Origin: Sedimentisphaerales bacterium
GTDB taxonomy: Bacteria; Planctomycetota; Phycisphaerae; Sedimentisphaerales; Anaerobacaceae
Direction of reading: 5' to 3'
Assembly (NCBI GenBank): GCA_963708075.1
Contig: OY970194.1
Location: 3,904,001-3,968,000 of the forward strand
Length of the DNA stretch: 64,000 nucleotides
The notes beneath the pieces were generated by a model. That model made no database searches and was not told the DNA's origin. It saw only the letters and a list, made by a program, of their open reading frames with translations. The translations under genes and the position numbers were made by a program. Positions 10,916 to 21,443 of this stretch are shown here, piece after piece; position 1 is the first letter of the stretch; every line of letters begins with the position of its first letter.

Positions 10916-12958
10916 TCAAGGCTTCCACTCACCGCTGAACAGGCGCACCCGCTCGATCCATCCGGTGAACTTGGGCAGGACAGGCTCGACCACCGGGCTG
11001 CCCAGATCGGCGCCGATTTGCATGGCTTCATTGGGATTGTGCGCGATCAATCCCGGCAACGCCGTGTCGGCAACGAGCTTGCCATCTACCTGGAGCGTGG
11101 CCCTCCGGCCGGACGTGATCGTGCCCAAAACGGTGGTCCAATCACTTACTCTCACCCCCGCCTCGGCTGTGATCGATTTGCCATCGATGACCACGGTGAA
11201 AGCGGGCCTGCCCTCTTTCAGCCAGAGTGCATAGCCATGTGTCCTTCCGCCCCGGGCCAGGATCATGCCGTCGGGTTCCTCCGACTTGAAAACGGCCTCC
11301 ACAGTCCACGCGCGGTCGGTCGGGTCCAGAGAGTCCGATTTTGGCACCTCCACCCAGCCATCACCCTGTAAGCGAAGGGCCTTCTTGCCGTCGCGTCCAT
11401 CGACGAGTACCGCATTGTGCGTCTGGCCGTGATTCTCGTAGCCGCTGAGGTCTGAAACGCGATCGCCCTCCAGTTTCGCAAAATCGAAGTGCAGCCGAAG
11501 CCCCGGCGTCGCATCCGCCTTCCAGTCCAACCCGCCGGGCTTGCCCCACCACGGGGGCCGGTCCACATACTCCGGCACACGATAGCCGACTTCATTCGCC
11601 AGCCGGTCGTGCTCGGCTTCCATCTTCGCTCGTAATGCCGCGTAGTTCGGATCCTTGAATAGATTCGACATTTCGTAGGGATCGCTCTTGAGATCGAACA
11701 GCTCGGTCCAATCGTCGTGGCCGGGGTATCGGATGAGCTTGGCGCCGGCAGTCCGCACGGCGGTGATGTCCGGCACGCGGGAGTTCTTCTGATTCTCGGC
11801 AAAGTACTCGTAGAACCAGGATTGCCGCCAGCGAATCCGGTCCCCGGTCAGCAGCGGGCGCCAACTGCGGCCCTGCATGTCCGCGGTTGCAGGCACGCCC
11901 GCGAAATCCAGCAGCGTCTGCGCCAGGTCGAGGTTCAGGACCATTTCATTGACCACGCGGCCCCGGACCTTGGCGCCGAGCGACGGATCGCGAACCAGCA
12001 ACGGGACGCGCAGACTCTCGTCGTAGGCGCTGCGTTTGTCGCCCAGGCCATGCTCACCCAGGTAGTACCCATTGTCGCTCGTGTAGATAACGACAGTGTT
12101 CTGTGCGAACCCCAGCTCGCCGAGGGCATCGAGCAATCGTCCAAGGCAATCGTCCGCCGCACTAACGCAGCGGAAGTAATCAAGGTTCACAGACACCGTG
12201 CCGGCCGTAAGATCGACCGTGCGACCGCGGGCCGCAGAGCCCATGTAGGGTGCGGGGGTGTTCAGATTCGGCACGACGTGGGCCTGCTCGTTTGCAAACC
12301 GGTCCTTCGCCCGCTCAGGAGGCTCGGTTGGTCCATGCGGCGACTTGAAGCCGACGACCAGCAACCACGGCTTGCCGCTGCTCTTCTGGCTCTTCATGAA
12401 CTCGATCGCGTAGTCGGTGGAGATGTCGTCGATCCAGCCTTTGGTCGGCGTGTCCTTGCCGTCCACGATGAAGGTTGGGTCCCAATAGCGGGCGTGGCCG
12501 ATGAAGGAATAGTGATGATCGAAGCCGGGACGTTCGCGCTGACTGTCCATGTGCCACTTGCCGACGTAGGCGGTCGTGTAGCCCGCCGCACGCAGCAGCG
12601 AGGCGTGCGTGACATCCTCGATGGGGAACGGACGGAAGTTTGAGGCAATTCCATTGAAGTGGTTGTAGCGTCCGGTGAGGTTGACCGCCCGGCTGGGCGC
12701 GCAAAGCGAACACACGACGAAGGCATTGCGGAACCGCACGCCGTCGGCCGCCAGGCGGTCCATGTTCGGCGTTTGGAACCATGGAAAACGCCCCCGCCCG
12801 CCCTGCTCCTTCTGGACAACAGACACGGCGTCGTATCGCTGGTCGTCCGTGTAGATGAACAGGAGATTAGGCCGCCCCGCCGCCCGCAGGACAGATCCAG
12901 ACAACATCGCGAACAAAAGGAGAAGACATGCTCTTATGAGGCTCGCAGTCTTTTGCAT
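10916..12958 (-). CDS. Sulfatase (GlcNAc-6-sulfatase-like) with C-terminal LamG domain
   Basis: LCAPSRAVNLTGR, YTSDNGYYLGEHGLGDKR; C-terminal LamG-like domain similar to that of 5878-7872. Confidence 0.93.
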   Translation of the reverse strand: MQKTASLIRACLLLLFAMLSGSVLRAAGRPNLLFIYTDDQRYDAVSVVQKEQGGRGRFPWFQTPNMDRLAADGVRFRNAFVVCSLCAPSRAVNLTGRYNHFNGIASNFRPFPIEDVTHASLLRAAGYTTAYVGKWHMDSQRERPGFDHHYSFIGHARYWDPTFIVDGKDTPTKGWIDDISTDYAIEFMKSQKSSGKPWLLVVGFKSPHGPTEPPERAKDRFANEQAHVVPNLNTPAPYMGSAARGRTVDLTAGTVSVNLDYFRCVSAADDCLGRLLDALGELGFAQNTVVIYTSDNGYYLGEHGLGDKRSAYDESLRVPLLVRDPSLGAKVRGRVVNEMVLNLDLAQTLLDFAGVPATADMQGRSWRPLLTGDRIRWRQSWFYEYFAENQKNSRVPDITAVRTAGAKLIRYPGHDDWTELFDLKSDPYEMSNLFKDPNYAALRAKMEAEHDRLANEVGYRVPEYVDRPPWWGKPGGLDWKADATPGLRLHFDFAKLEGDRVSDLSGYENHGQTHNAVLVDGRDGKKALRLQGDGWVEVPKSDSLDPTDRAWTVEAVFKSEEPDGMILARGGRTHGYALWLKEGRPAFTVVIDGKSITAEAGVRVSDWTTVLGTITSGRRATLQVDGKLVADTALPGLIAHNPNEAMQIGADLGSPVVEPVLPKFTGWIERVRLFSGEWKP

Positions 12959-13067
12959 GATGGGTCACACCCCTGCCCAAACCGTTTGGAAACATACCTG
13001 ACAATCGTGATTGTGCAACGTTGATCGCTCTGCGTCAACCTAACCACATGGCGAGGACGATGGTACA

Positions 13068-14507
13068 TCATCGTCCCGCTGCCTTGCGCTTCGCCTTCTT
13101 TTCGGCCGGCTGCCCGCGTTTCGCGCCGGCGGCATTGCTCGGACGCTCCGGGGCGTTGATCTTGCGGCGCGAACTTTGCCAGTTCCGCCTTTACGGAAGT
13201 GTACTGTGGATCCTTCGCCAGATTGGTCCATTCGTACGGGTCTTTGTCGTGGTTGTAAAGCTCCTCGCTGCCATCGGCGTAGCGGATGTACCGCCATGTC
13301 TCGCTGCGGATGCTGTGATTGTCCTTGTGGAACGTCGTCACGGCGGCGTGATCCCACGCGGTCCTGGGGTCCTCCAGCAGCGGGCGGATGTTGTGGCCCT
13401 CGACATGCGCCGGCCGCGGCACACCCGCGAGGTCGCACAGCGTCGGGTACACGCTCATGAAGTCCACGGGTCGTTCGCAGATACCGCCGGGCTTCGTGAC
13501 CCCGGGTGCGGACCAGATGAACACAGTTCGCGCCGCCTCCTCCCACAAAGCGAACTTTCGCCAATGGGATTTCTCGCCGAGGTGCCAGCCGTGGTCGCTC
13601 CAGAAGCAGATAATCGTGTTGTCGCGATAGGCCGATTTCTGCAAGCCGTCGATGAGGCGGCCAACCTGGGCGTCGCAGAAGGCAATTGTCGCCAGGTACG
13701 CCTGCACCGCGTCCTTCCAACGGCCGGACTTGAGAATCGCGGCGTGGTCGCCATCCGGCTTGGCCATCTTGATCCCGGCGGCGGGCACGTCGTCGAGGTC
13801 GTCGTCGCGATGCGGCGGCAACTGGATCGTTTCGAGTGGGAACATATCGAAGTATTTTTTCGGCACGCTGAAAGGCATATGCGGTTTGACCAGCCCGATG
13901 GCCAGAAAGAACGGCTTGTCATGTTTCTGGCCGAGCTTGTCAATTCCATAGCTGACCACCTTGTAGTCCGGCATGTCCTCGTCCAGACAATCGAGCGGGT
14001 AAAACTTGATCCCGCCTACGCCATCATCGGGGTCCGAGGGATAACGCTTCAGATTGCCGCCGCCGTCCTTTTCAAAGTACTCCGCCCACTCGCCCTGGCG
14101 ATGATCGCTGCTGTGGTAGATCTTGCCGGCGCCGAAAACGTTGTAGCCGGCTTTAAGGAACTGCGTGGTGAGCGTTTGCTCCTTCGCGATGGCCAGCTTC
14201 CAGTCCTGCCCATTGTCGTAAACGCCCGTCGTACTGGCGCGCAGGCCGGACATCAGGGCGGCCCTCGACGGATTGCACACGGGCGCGGCACAGTTGGCGC
14301 GAGTGAATGTGACACCCATCTTCGCCAGCCGGTCGATGTTCGGCGTCTTCGTCTGCGGATTCAGCCCGAGATGGCCCACCCAATGGTTCAGATCGTCCAC
14401 CGCGATGAACAGAACATTGGGCTTTGCCGACGCGGCGGCAGCACTTGCCGCGGCAGTTCGTGCGCCGGCCCAGAACGCCAGAGAGCTGACCAGAAACTCG
14501 CGTCGTT

Positions 14508-14511
<4 letters not shown>
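13068..14511 (-). CDS. Tat-exported sulfatase (iduronate-2-/choline-sulfatase-like); frameshift near 13164
   Basis: MKRREFL Tat motif, [23 protein letters not shown]; corrected tail KINAPERP...[10 protein letters not shown] ends at 13068. Confidence 0.9.
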
Positions 14512-15921
<1,410 letters not shown>

Positions 15922-15939
15922 ACGGAGAATATCCTTTGG

Positions 15940-17469
15940 TTACTTGCGTTTGCCCTTCTTCTGTTTGTTGCCTGGTCGCGTCTTTTCCTGCCTGTTGACG
16001 GCCCGGGTGTAGTTGTCGCCATATACCGCAGTGAGGGCGGCCCTGCGCTTGTCAGGAGAGTATCGATTCTCGAAAGCCGGCAGGAGCGGATCGTGGGTTT
16101 GCTTCATCCAATCCTGGAGTTGGCCCCGCAGTCTATCAACGTCACCCTTATGCTCGGGCTTCTCCAGCAGGTTGACAAGGCAATCCGGGTCCTTCTGAAG
16201 ATCGTAGAACTCCTCCAAAGCCCGGTAGCGGAACATCCGGACACGCTCCGCAATACCAGGATCGCCTGGAGCGGCCTCGACCATTGCTTGCATGGTCAGC
16301 CCTTCATTGGCGTTTCGATAGAAGAATTGGCCGTCGCTCCAGGGGGTGAAGATGTAGCCGAACTGCTTGTCCTGAACGCACCGCATCGGGACCGCCTCGC
16401 CGCTTGACTGCATGTCGATTTGCGTAAAGACCCTGTCCCGCCCCGCCTGGCTCCGGCCTTTCAGCAGAGGCAGGAAAGAGAAGCCGTCGAGTCCCTTGGG
16501 GATGGGCAGGCCCGCCGCTTCGAGCACGGTGGGGAAGAAGTCGATTCCTGAGATGAAATGCTGTCCATCCACAGTCCCCGGCTTCACGACGCCGGGCCAG
16601 CGTGTGATCCAGGGAGTGCGCGTGCTGGCCAGGTAGGCATTGCACTTGGCGAAGGGGATGGCGATGCCGTTATCGGACAGAAACATGACGAGCGTGCTCT
16701 CCTCCAAACCCGATTCCTTCAAGGCACGCATCGTCGCGCCAAACGTATCATCCAGGCGACGGACAGAATTCAGGTAGTGGCTGAGTTCCCCACGGACACC
16801 CGGCAGATCGGGTACGAAGCCCGGGACCGACACATCCTTCGGCGCATATGTCCTCGAGGGCTCCTTCGCCCCTTTGATGGGCTCGCCAGGAATGTGATAG
16901 GGTCGATGCGGGTCGTGAGAATTGACCATGAAGTAAAATGGTCTTGTATCGCGGCGACACCTGGCAAGAAACTCCTGGCAATACGCATAGTACATCTGGG
17001 GATCCCGGCCGTTGCCAAGCTCGTTCTGGTCGTGGACAAAGTCCCAGCGATAAGCAGCCTTGGGCGTGGAGTGCCCCACCTTGCCGAGGACGCCCGTCCG
17101 GTAGCCCGCATCCCTGAGAGTCTCCATGATCGTCGGTACATCATGATCCGTGTGCATGAAGCCCATGATGCCGCTGTTGTGTCCATAGCGGCCTGTGGCA
17201 AGGACGCCTCGGCTCGGCTGACAGATGGCGACGTTGACATGGGCGTTCTCAAACCGCATGCCCTGGGCGGCAAAGGAATCCAGGTTCGGGGTGAAACCAG
17301 GGACCTTGCCCCCGAAACAACCGACGGAATCCCGGTGAAGGTCGTCCGCCGTGAACAGAAGGATATTCAGTCTTTCTGTCTCGGCCGCTCGGGCAAAGGC
17401 AGCCCCCTTCCAAGCTGAAGCAGCAGTCAGTCCAAGCATCTTGATGAAGGTGCGTCTGTTCATTCTCAT
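15940..17469 (-). CDS. Tat-exported sulfatase (heparan N-sulfatase-like)
   Basis: MNRRTFIK, ICQPSRGVLATGR, NSHDPHRP, SDNGIAIPFAK. Confidence 0.93.
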   Translation of the reverse strand: MRMNRRTFIKMLGLTAASAWKGAAFARAAETERLNILLFTADDLHRDSVGCFGGKVPGFTPNLDSFAAQGMRFENAHVNVAICQPSRGVLATGRYGHNSGIMGFMHTDHDVPTIMETLRDAGYRTGVLGKVGHSTPKAAYRWDFVHDQNELGNGRDPQMYYAYCQEFLARCRRDTRPFYFMVNSHDPHRPYHIPGEPIKGAKEPSRTYAPKDVSVPGFVPDLPGVRGELSHYLNSVRRLDDTFGATMRALKESGLEESTLVMFLSDNGIAIPFAKCNAYLASTRTPWITRWPGVVKPGTVDGQHFISGIDFFPTVLEAAGLPIPKGLDGFSFLPLLKGRSQAGRDRVFTQIDMQSSGEAVPMRCVQDKQFGYIFTPWSDGQFFYRNANEGLTMQAMVEAAPGDPGIAERVRMFRYRALEEFYDLQKDPDCLVNLLEKPEHKGDVDRLRGQLQDWMKQTHDPLLPAFENRYSPDKRRAALTAVYGDNYTRAVNRQEKTRPGNKQKKGKRK

Positions 17470-17522
17470 GCCTCTTCCATTCCAACCTTCAGCGAAGACT
17501 GAGCCGGTCACGTCTGCCCTCT

Positions 17523-17551
17523 ATGATACTTGCCAAGCGTCGCAGGTTCAA
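17523..17551 (-). promoter_or_regulatory. Putative sigma70 promoter of the leftward sulfatase operon
   Basis: Minus strand TTGAAC-17 nt-TATCAT about 55 nt upstream of the first gene. Confidence 0.5.
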
Positions 17552-17716
17552 TGACATGCCCTTCCCTTTATCTGCCGCAGCACTTCATCAGGCATCATGG
17601 GAGGGTGATTCCCCTATATTTGGAACTGGCATTTTCGGGCAAAGCCTGATATCTTGTTGGTGCCCTGATTCCAGGGGGTACCGTTTATGGTGTTTTCAAC
17701 GCGTGTGGTATATGAG

Positions 17717-19246
17717 ATGAAAACACGGTTCGCCGGCACGGCCATTTTTTGCAGCCTCGTCACCGTTTTGGGATCCTGCGCTCCCAAAGCCATTGAGAGT
17801 TATGACGAAGTCGGCCGGGAACCCAACCTGAGCCCTGACTATTCAGGGACGGTCATGCCCGCCAACATCGCCCCTCTGAATTTTCAGGTGCTGGAAGGCG
17901 GAGTGGCGTATTTCCTCACTATTCGATGCGACCGCGGGCGCCCCATAAGCATCTTCAGCAAAACGGGGCAGATGCGCATCCCCATTCGGCGATGGCACGC
18001 TCTGCTCGATGCCAACCGGGGCCGCGATGTCCTTTTCGACATCTACGTCAGGGATGCAGATCGCCGATGGAGGCGGTTTCGACCCGTCGTGAACACCATC
18101 GCACAGGAGGACATCGACGAGACCCTGGTGTTTCGGTTCATGAAGCCGGCGTACAGTTGGTGGAAGGACATAGGAATCTATCAGCGCAACCTCACCAATT
18201 ACGATGTGTCGGCAGTTCTGCACGGCCGGTCGTTTGGCGGAGCGTGTCTGAACTGTCACAGCTTTGTGGGCAACGATCCCGACACCATGACGATCAGCCT
18301 GCGAAGTGCGACGTACGGCAGCGACACGCTCCTCGCCCGCAACGGCGGCGTGGATAAGATCGGCGCCAAGTGGGGCTATGCGGCCTGGCACCCCAGCGGC
18401 GCCGTCGCGGTGTATTCGATCAACAAGGTGACCCAGTTCTTCCATGCGGGGGGAATGGAGGTCCGGGACGTGGCCGATCTTGACTCGGCGCTGGTCTGTT
18501 ATCGAGTCGAAAGCCAGAAGGCGACGTCTCCAAAGGAACTGGCTGACAAAGGGCGACTCGAAACCTATCCGGCGTGGTCTCCCGACGGCAAGTATCTCTA
18601 CTATTGCAGTGCGCCGATCCTGTGGAAAGATCGCAATGCCGTGCCGCCCGAGAACTACGAAAAGCTCAAGTACGACCTGCGACGCATCTCATATGACGTC
18701 GCAACGGACCAGTGGGGACAGGCCGAGACTATCCTTTCCGCCGAAGAGACGGACCAGAGCATCCTGCTGCCAAGGATATCGCCCGACGGACGCTTCCTGC
18801 TCTTCTGCATGTGCCGCTACGGCTGCTTCCCTGTCTATCAGCCCAGCAGCGACCTTTACCTCATGGACCTCACCACGAGGCAGTATCGCAAGCTCACCAT
18901 CAACAGCGAGTTTTCTGAATCGTGGCACAGTTGGTCCAGCAATAGCCGGTGGATCGCATTCAGCAGCAAGCGTCAGGGCGGCCTGTTCACCCGGACTTAC
19001 CTCAGCTATGTGGACCAGGCGGGGACGGTGCGCAAGCCCTTCGTCCTGCCGCAGCAGGACCCGGCCTACTACGATTCCTTGCTGGAGACGTACAGCGTCC
19101 CGGAACTGGTCAAAGGGCCAATCACAGTGAGAAAGTCTCAACTCGCCCGCGCTGCTCGTGCCAAGCCTTCTGTAGCACCTGAGATTCCGATCACGGGAGC
19201 AAGTCCAAAGGCTGTGCCAGTCGATCCCTGGCAGGAACGCGAATAA
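17717..19246 (+). CDS. Lipoprotein with TolB/PD40 beta-propeller and a single CxxCH motif
   Basis: Lipobox LGSC; CLNCH; PAWSPDG, PRISPDG, HSWSSNSRW repeats. Confidence 0.8.
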   Translation: MKTRFAGTAIFCSLVTVLGSCAPKAIESYDEVGREPNLSPDYSGTVMPANIAPLNFQVLEGGVAYFLTIRCDRGRPISIFSKTGQMRIPIRRWHALLDANRGRDVLFDIYVRDADRRWRRFRPVVNTIAQEDIDETLVFRFMKPAYSWWKDIGIYQRNLTNYDVSAVLHGRSFGGACLNCHSFVGNDPDTMTISLRSATYGSDTLLARNGGVDKIGAKWGYAAWHPSGAVAVYSINKVTQFFHAGGMEVRDVADLDSALVCYRVESQKATSPKELADKGRLETYPAWSPDGKYLYYCSAPILWKDRNAVPPENYEKLKYDLRRISYDVATDQWGQAETILSAEETDQSILLPRISPDGRFLLFCMCRYGCFPVYQPSSDLYLMDLTTRQYRKLTINSEFSESWHSWSSNSRWIAFSSKRQGGLFTRTYLSYVDQAGTVRKPFVLPQQDPAYYDSLLETYSVPELVKGPITVRKSQLARAARAKPSVAPEIPITGASPKAVPVDPWQERE

Positions 19247-19267
19247 CCGGCCGGCTCGAACCAGGAG

Positions 19268-21268
19268 ATGCAGAACATGGCGTCAAGGAATGAGGATAAG
19301 AAGGTAGGAAAGGAAGAAGGAAAGAAGGAAGGAGCTTCCAACCTTCTCACCTTCTTACCGTCTTGCCTCCCTTTCTTCGTGCTCAGCTTCGTCTACCTGT
19401 GGTTTGTGGTCGAGCCGCACCTGATCTACCACTGTTTCGGCACGATCCTGCCGGATGCCCCCCAGTTCGCGACCGGAGGGTCGTTTTTGTGGGACTCCCT
19501 CGGTACGCCGGGCGGACCTCTCACTTATGTATCCGGGTTTCTTTCCCAAGGATACTACTACGCATGGCTGGGGGCAGCGATCATCGTCCTGGCAGGGTTC
19601 TGTCTTAGTGAGCTTTCCAGACGGCACCTTGTGGCTGCCGGTTTTGCACACGCCTCCATCCTGGCAGGCGTACCGGCGATCACGTTCTTTCTCATCTACA
19701 GTTGCTACAAGCACCCTTTGACCGTCTGCCTGGCTGTGTCGCTGGGACTGCTCTTGTCTCTCGTTTTCGAGAGACTGCCTTTACGCCGATCTCCAGTTCG
19801 CATCGTGGCGTGTTGTCTCCTGGCAGTGCTCGGCTTCTGGCTCGGCGGCGCAGGGACATTGCTGATTCTTGCACTCATGACTGTGATTCACTGGATTCGT
19901 GGTAGGGTGGGCACGGCACACCATCTCGCATCGGATCGGACGGTTGTTGGTGTGCGGTGCACACCCTACGAACTGCTCGCGCTACCGGCAAGTGCTGCGA
20001 TCATCTGGGCTCTTGCAGAGTACGTGTTCCTGATCCCTGCTCGCCAGGCGTTCCTCACTCTCACGCCTTTCTCGCCATTAGCGACCGGCGACATGGATAC
20101 CTTTCTCAGAATCCTGATCTTCCTCCTGTATGGCTTCACACCTCTGACCGTGTTGCTCGTGCTCATCGCAAAAAAGGGGACATTCTACTCTTTCAGGCCG
20201 ATCTCCATATCCAGCGAACGCAGGAAAAGTAGAATGTCCCCTTTTCCGAAGAGACGGTCTCCGGCGATCCTTAAGAAGCCGGTTCTGCCCGCCATCCCTA
20301 TCGTGCTGATGGCCCTGGCGTTGCACTTCAGCCAGGATGATCTCCGCAAGCCGTACGTCCTGTCAAACTACTACTCCCGTCAGCAGCGCTGGGACAAGAT
20401 TCTTGAGCTCAGCCGCCGCCTGCCCAAGGACAGATACAACGTCTTTGTCAGCCATGACACCCTTCGGGCCCTGTATCACACAGGCAGGCTCCCCTACGAC
20501 ATGTTCCGTTACCCGCTGGTGCCGGAAGCGATTCTGCTTACGCACGAAAAAAGACAATCGGATCTGACCCAATGGAAGTTGAGCGACATTTTCCTGGAGC
20601 TCGGGCACGTGAACATGGCTCAGAAGCTGGCGTCGGAGGTCCTGACCACCAAAGGTCATCTCGGCGTCGCCCTCGAGGAACTGGGGTGGATCCACCTTAT
20701 CAAAGGGCATCCCGCCACCGCTCGGGTCTATCTGAACGCTTTGAAGAAGGACCCGATCTATCGACGGCGAGCGGAATCCCTGCTGCACGGCCTCGACAGC
20801 GGCTTTGCACCGGATCAAGCCGCCTCCATCGACAGAATCCGCTCCTGCATGCGCGACGAAACCGCAGGAGTCACCGGCCCAGAACCCCTGGATGAGACGC
20901 TATCCGCATTGCTGGCGCACAATCCGCGCAACAAGATGGCGTTTGAATACATCATGGCCTGCTACCTGCTCAGCGGCCGGGTGGACAAGATCGTGGAGAA
21001 CGCCGAACGCCTCCACGACCTTGGCTATCAGAAGATTCCCACACTCTACGAAGAGGCCATACTCATCCACTACGGCTCCACGGGACAGCAAGTGGACCTG
21101 GCCAGGTTCAACATAAGCCGGGAGACGCTCCAGCGGTACGAAGCATTCGTACGGATGGCAATCGCCGTGCAGACTCAGGACGACCAGGCCGTGCTCAACC
21201 GTCTGATCCACGATTTCGGCACCAGCTATTTCTTCTATCATGTCTTCGGCCGGGTGGGTCTGACGTAA
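19268..21268 (+). CDS. DUF6057-like polytopic membrane protein with C-terminal TPR-like region
   Basis: About 9-10 hydrophobic segments; NKMAFEYIMACYLL and FGTSYFFY motifs recalled from this family; adjacent to its usual TolB-like partner. Confidence 0.7.
   Translation: MQNMASRNEDKKVGKEEGKKEGASNLLTFLPSCLPFFVLSFVYLWFVVEPHLIYHCFGTILPDAPQFATGGSFLWDSLGTPGGPLTYVSGFLSQGYYYAWLGAAIIVLAGFCLSELSRRHLVAAGFAHASILAGVPAITFFLIYSCYKHPLTVCLAVSLGLLLSLVFERLPLRRSPVRIVACCLLAVLGFWLGGAGTLLILALMTVIHWIRGRVGTAHHLASDRTVVGVRCTPYELLALPASAAIIWALAEYVFLIPARQAFLTLTPFSPLATGDMDTFLRILIFLLYGFTPLTVLLVLIAKKGTFYSFRPISISSERRKSRMSPFPKRRSPAILKKPVLPAIPIVLMALALHFSQDDLRKPYVLSNYYSRQQRWDKILELSRRLPKDRYNVFVSHDTLRALYHTGRLPYDMFRYPLVPEAILLTHEKRQSDLTQWKLSDIFLELGHVNMAQKLASEVLTTKGHLGVALEELGWIHLIKGHPATARVYLNALKKDPIYRRRAESLLHGLDSGFAPDQAASIDRIRSCMRDETAGVTGPEPLDETLSALLAHNPRNKMAFEYIMACYLLSGRVDKIVENAERLHDLGYQKIPTLYEEAILIHYGSTGQQVDLARFNISRETLQRYEAFVRMAIAVQTQDDQAVLNRLIHDFGTSYFFYHVFGRVGLT
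19292..19377. repeat. Purine-run/pyrimidine-run short-repeat palindrome in the 5' coding region
   Basis: gaggataagaaggtaggaaaggaagaagg... followed by complementary cttccaaccttctcaccttcttacc... Confidence 0.6.
19902..19969. repeat. In-frame GTAG-family REP doublet (REPIN-like)
   Basis: GTAGGGTGGGCACGGCACACCA ... TGGTGTGCGGTGCACACCCTAC; 22-bp inverted repeat with 2 mismatches. Confidence 0.85.
20172..20245. repeat. In-frame miniature inverted-repeat element
   Basis: Perfect 18-bp inverted repeat AAAAGGGGACATTCTACT / AGTAGAATGTCCCCTTTT. Confidence 0.85.
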
Positions 21269-21443
21269 GCATGGCAGAGGTTGGAGGATCAGCGTCTTTC
21301 TATCTGCGGGACGGAAGACTGGGCTCTTCCCAGCAGCGTTGCCGCCAGGAATTCGCGGGTCAATTTCGGCACGTTCGGATCGTTGAAGCCACCATGCCCG
21401 GCGCCCTTGACCGTGTAGAAAGTCACCGGGACTCCCGCCTTCT

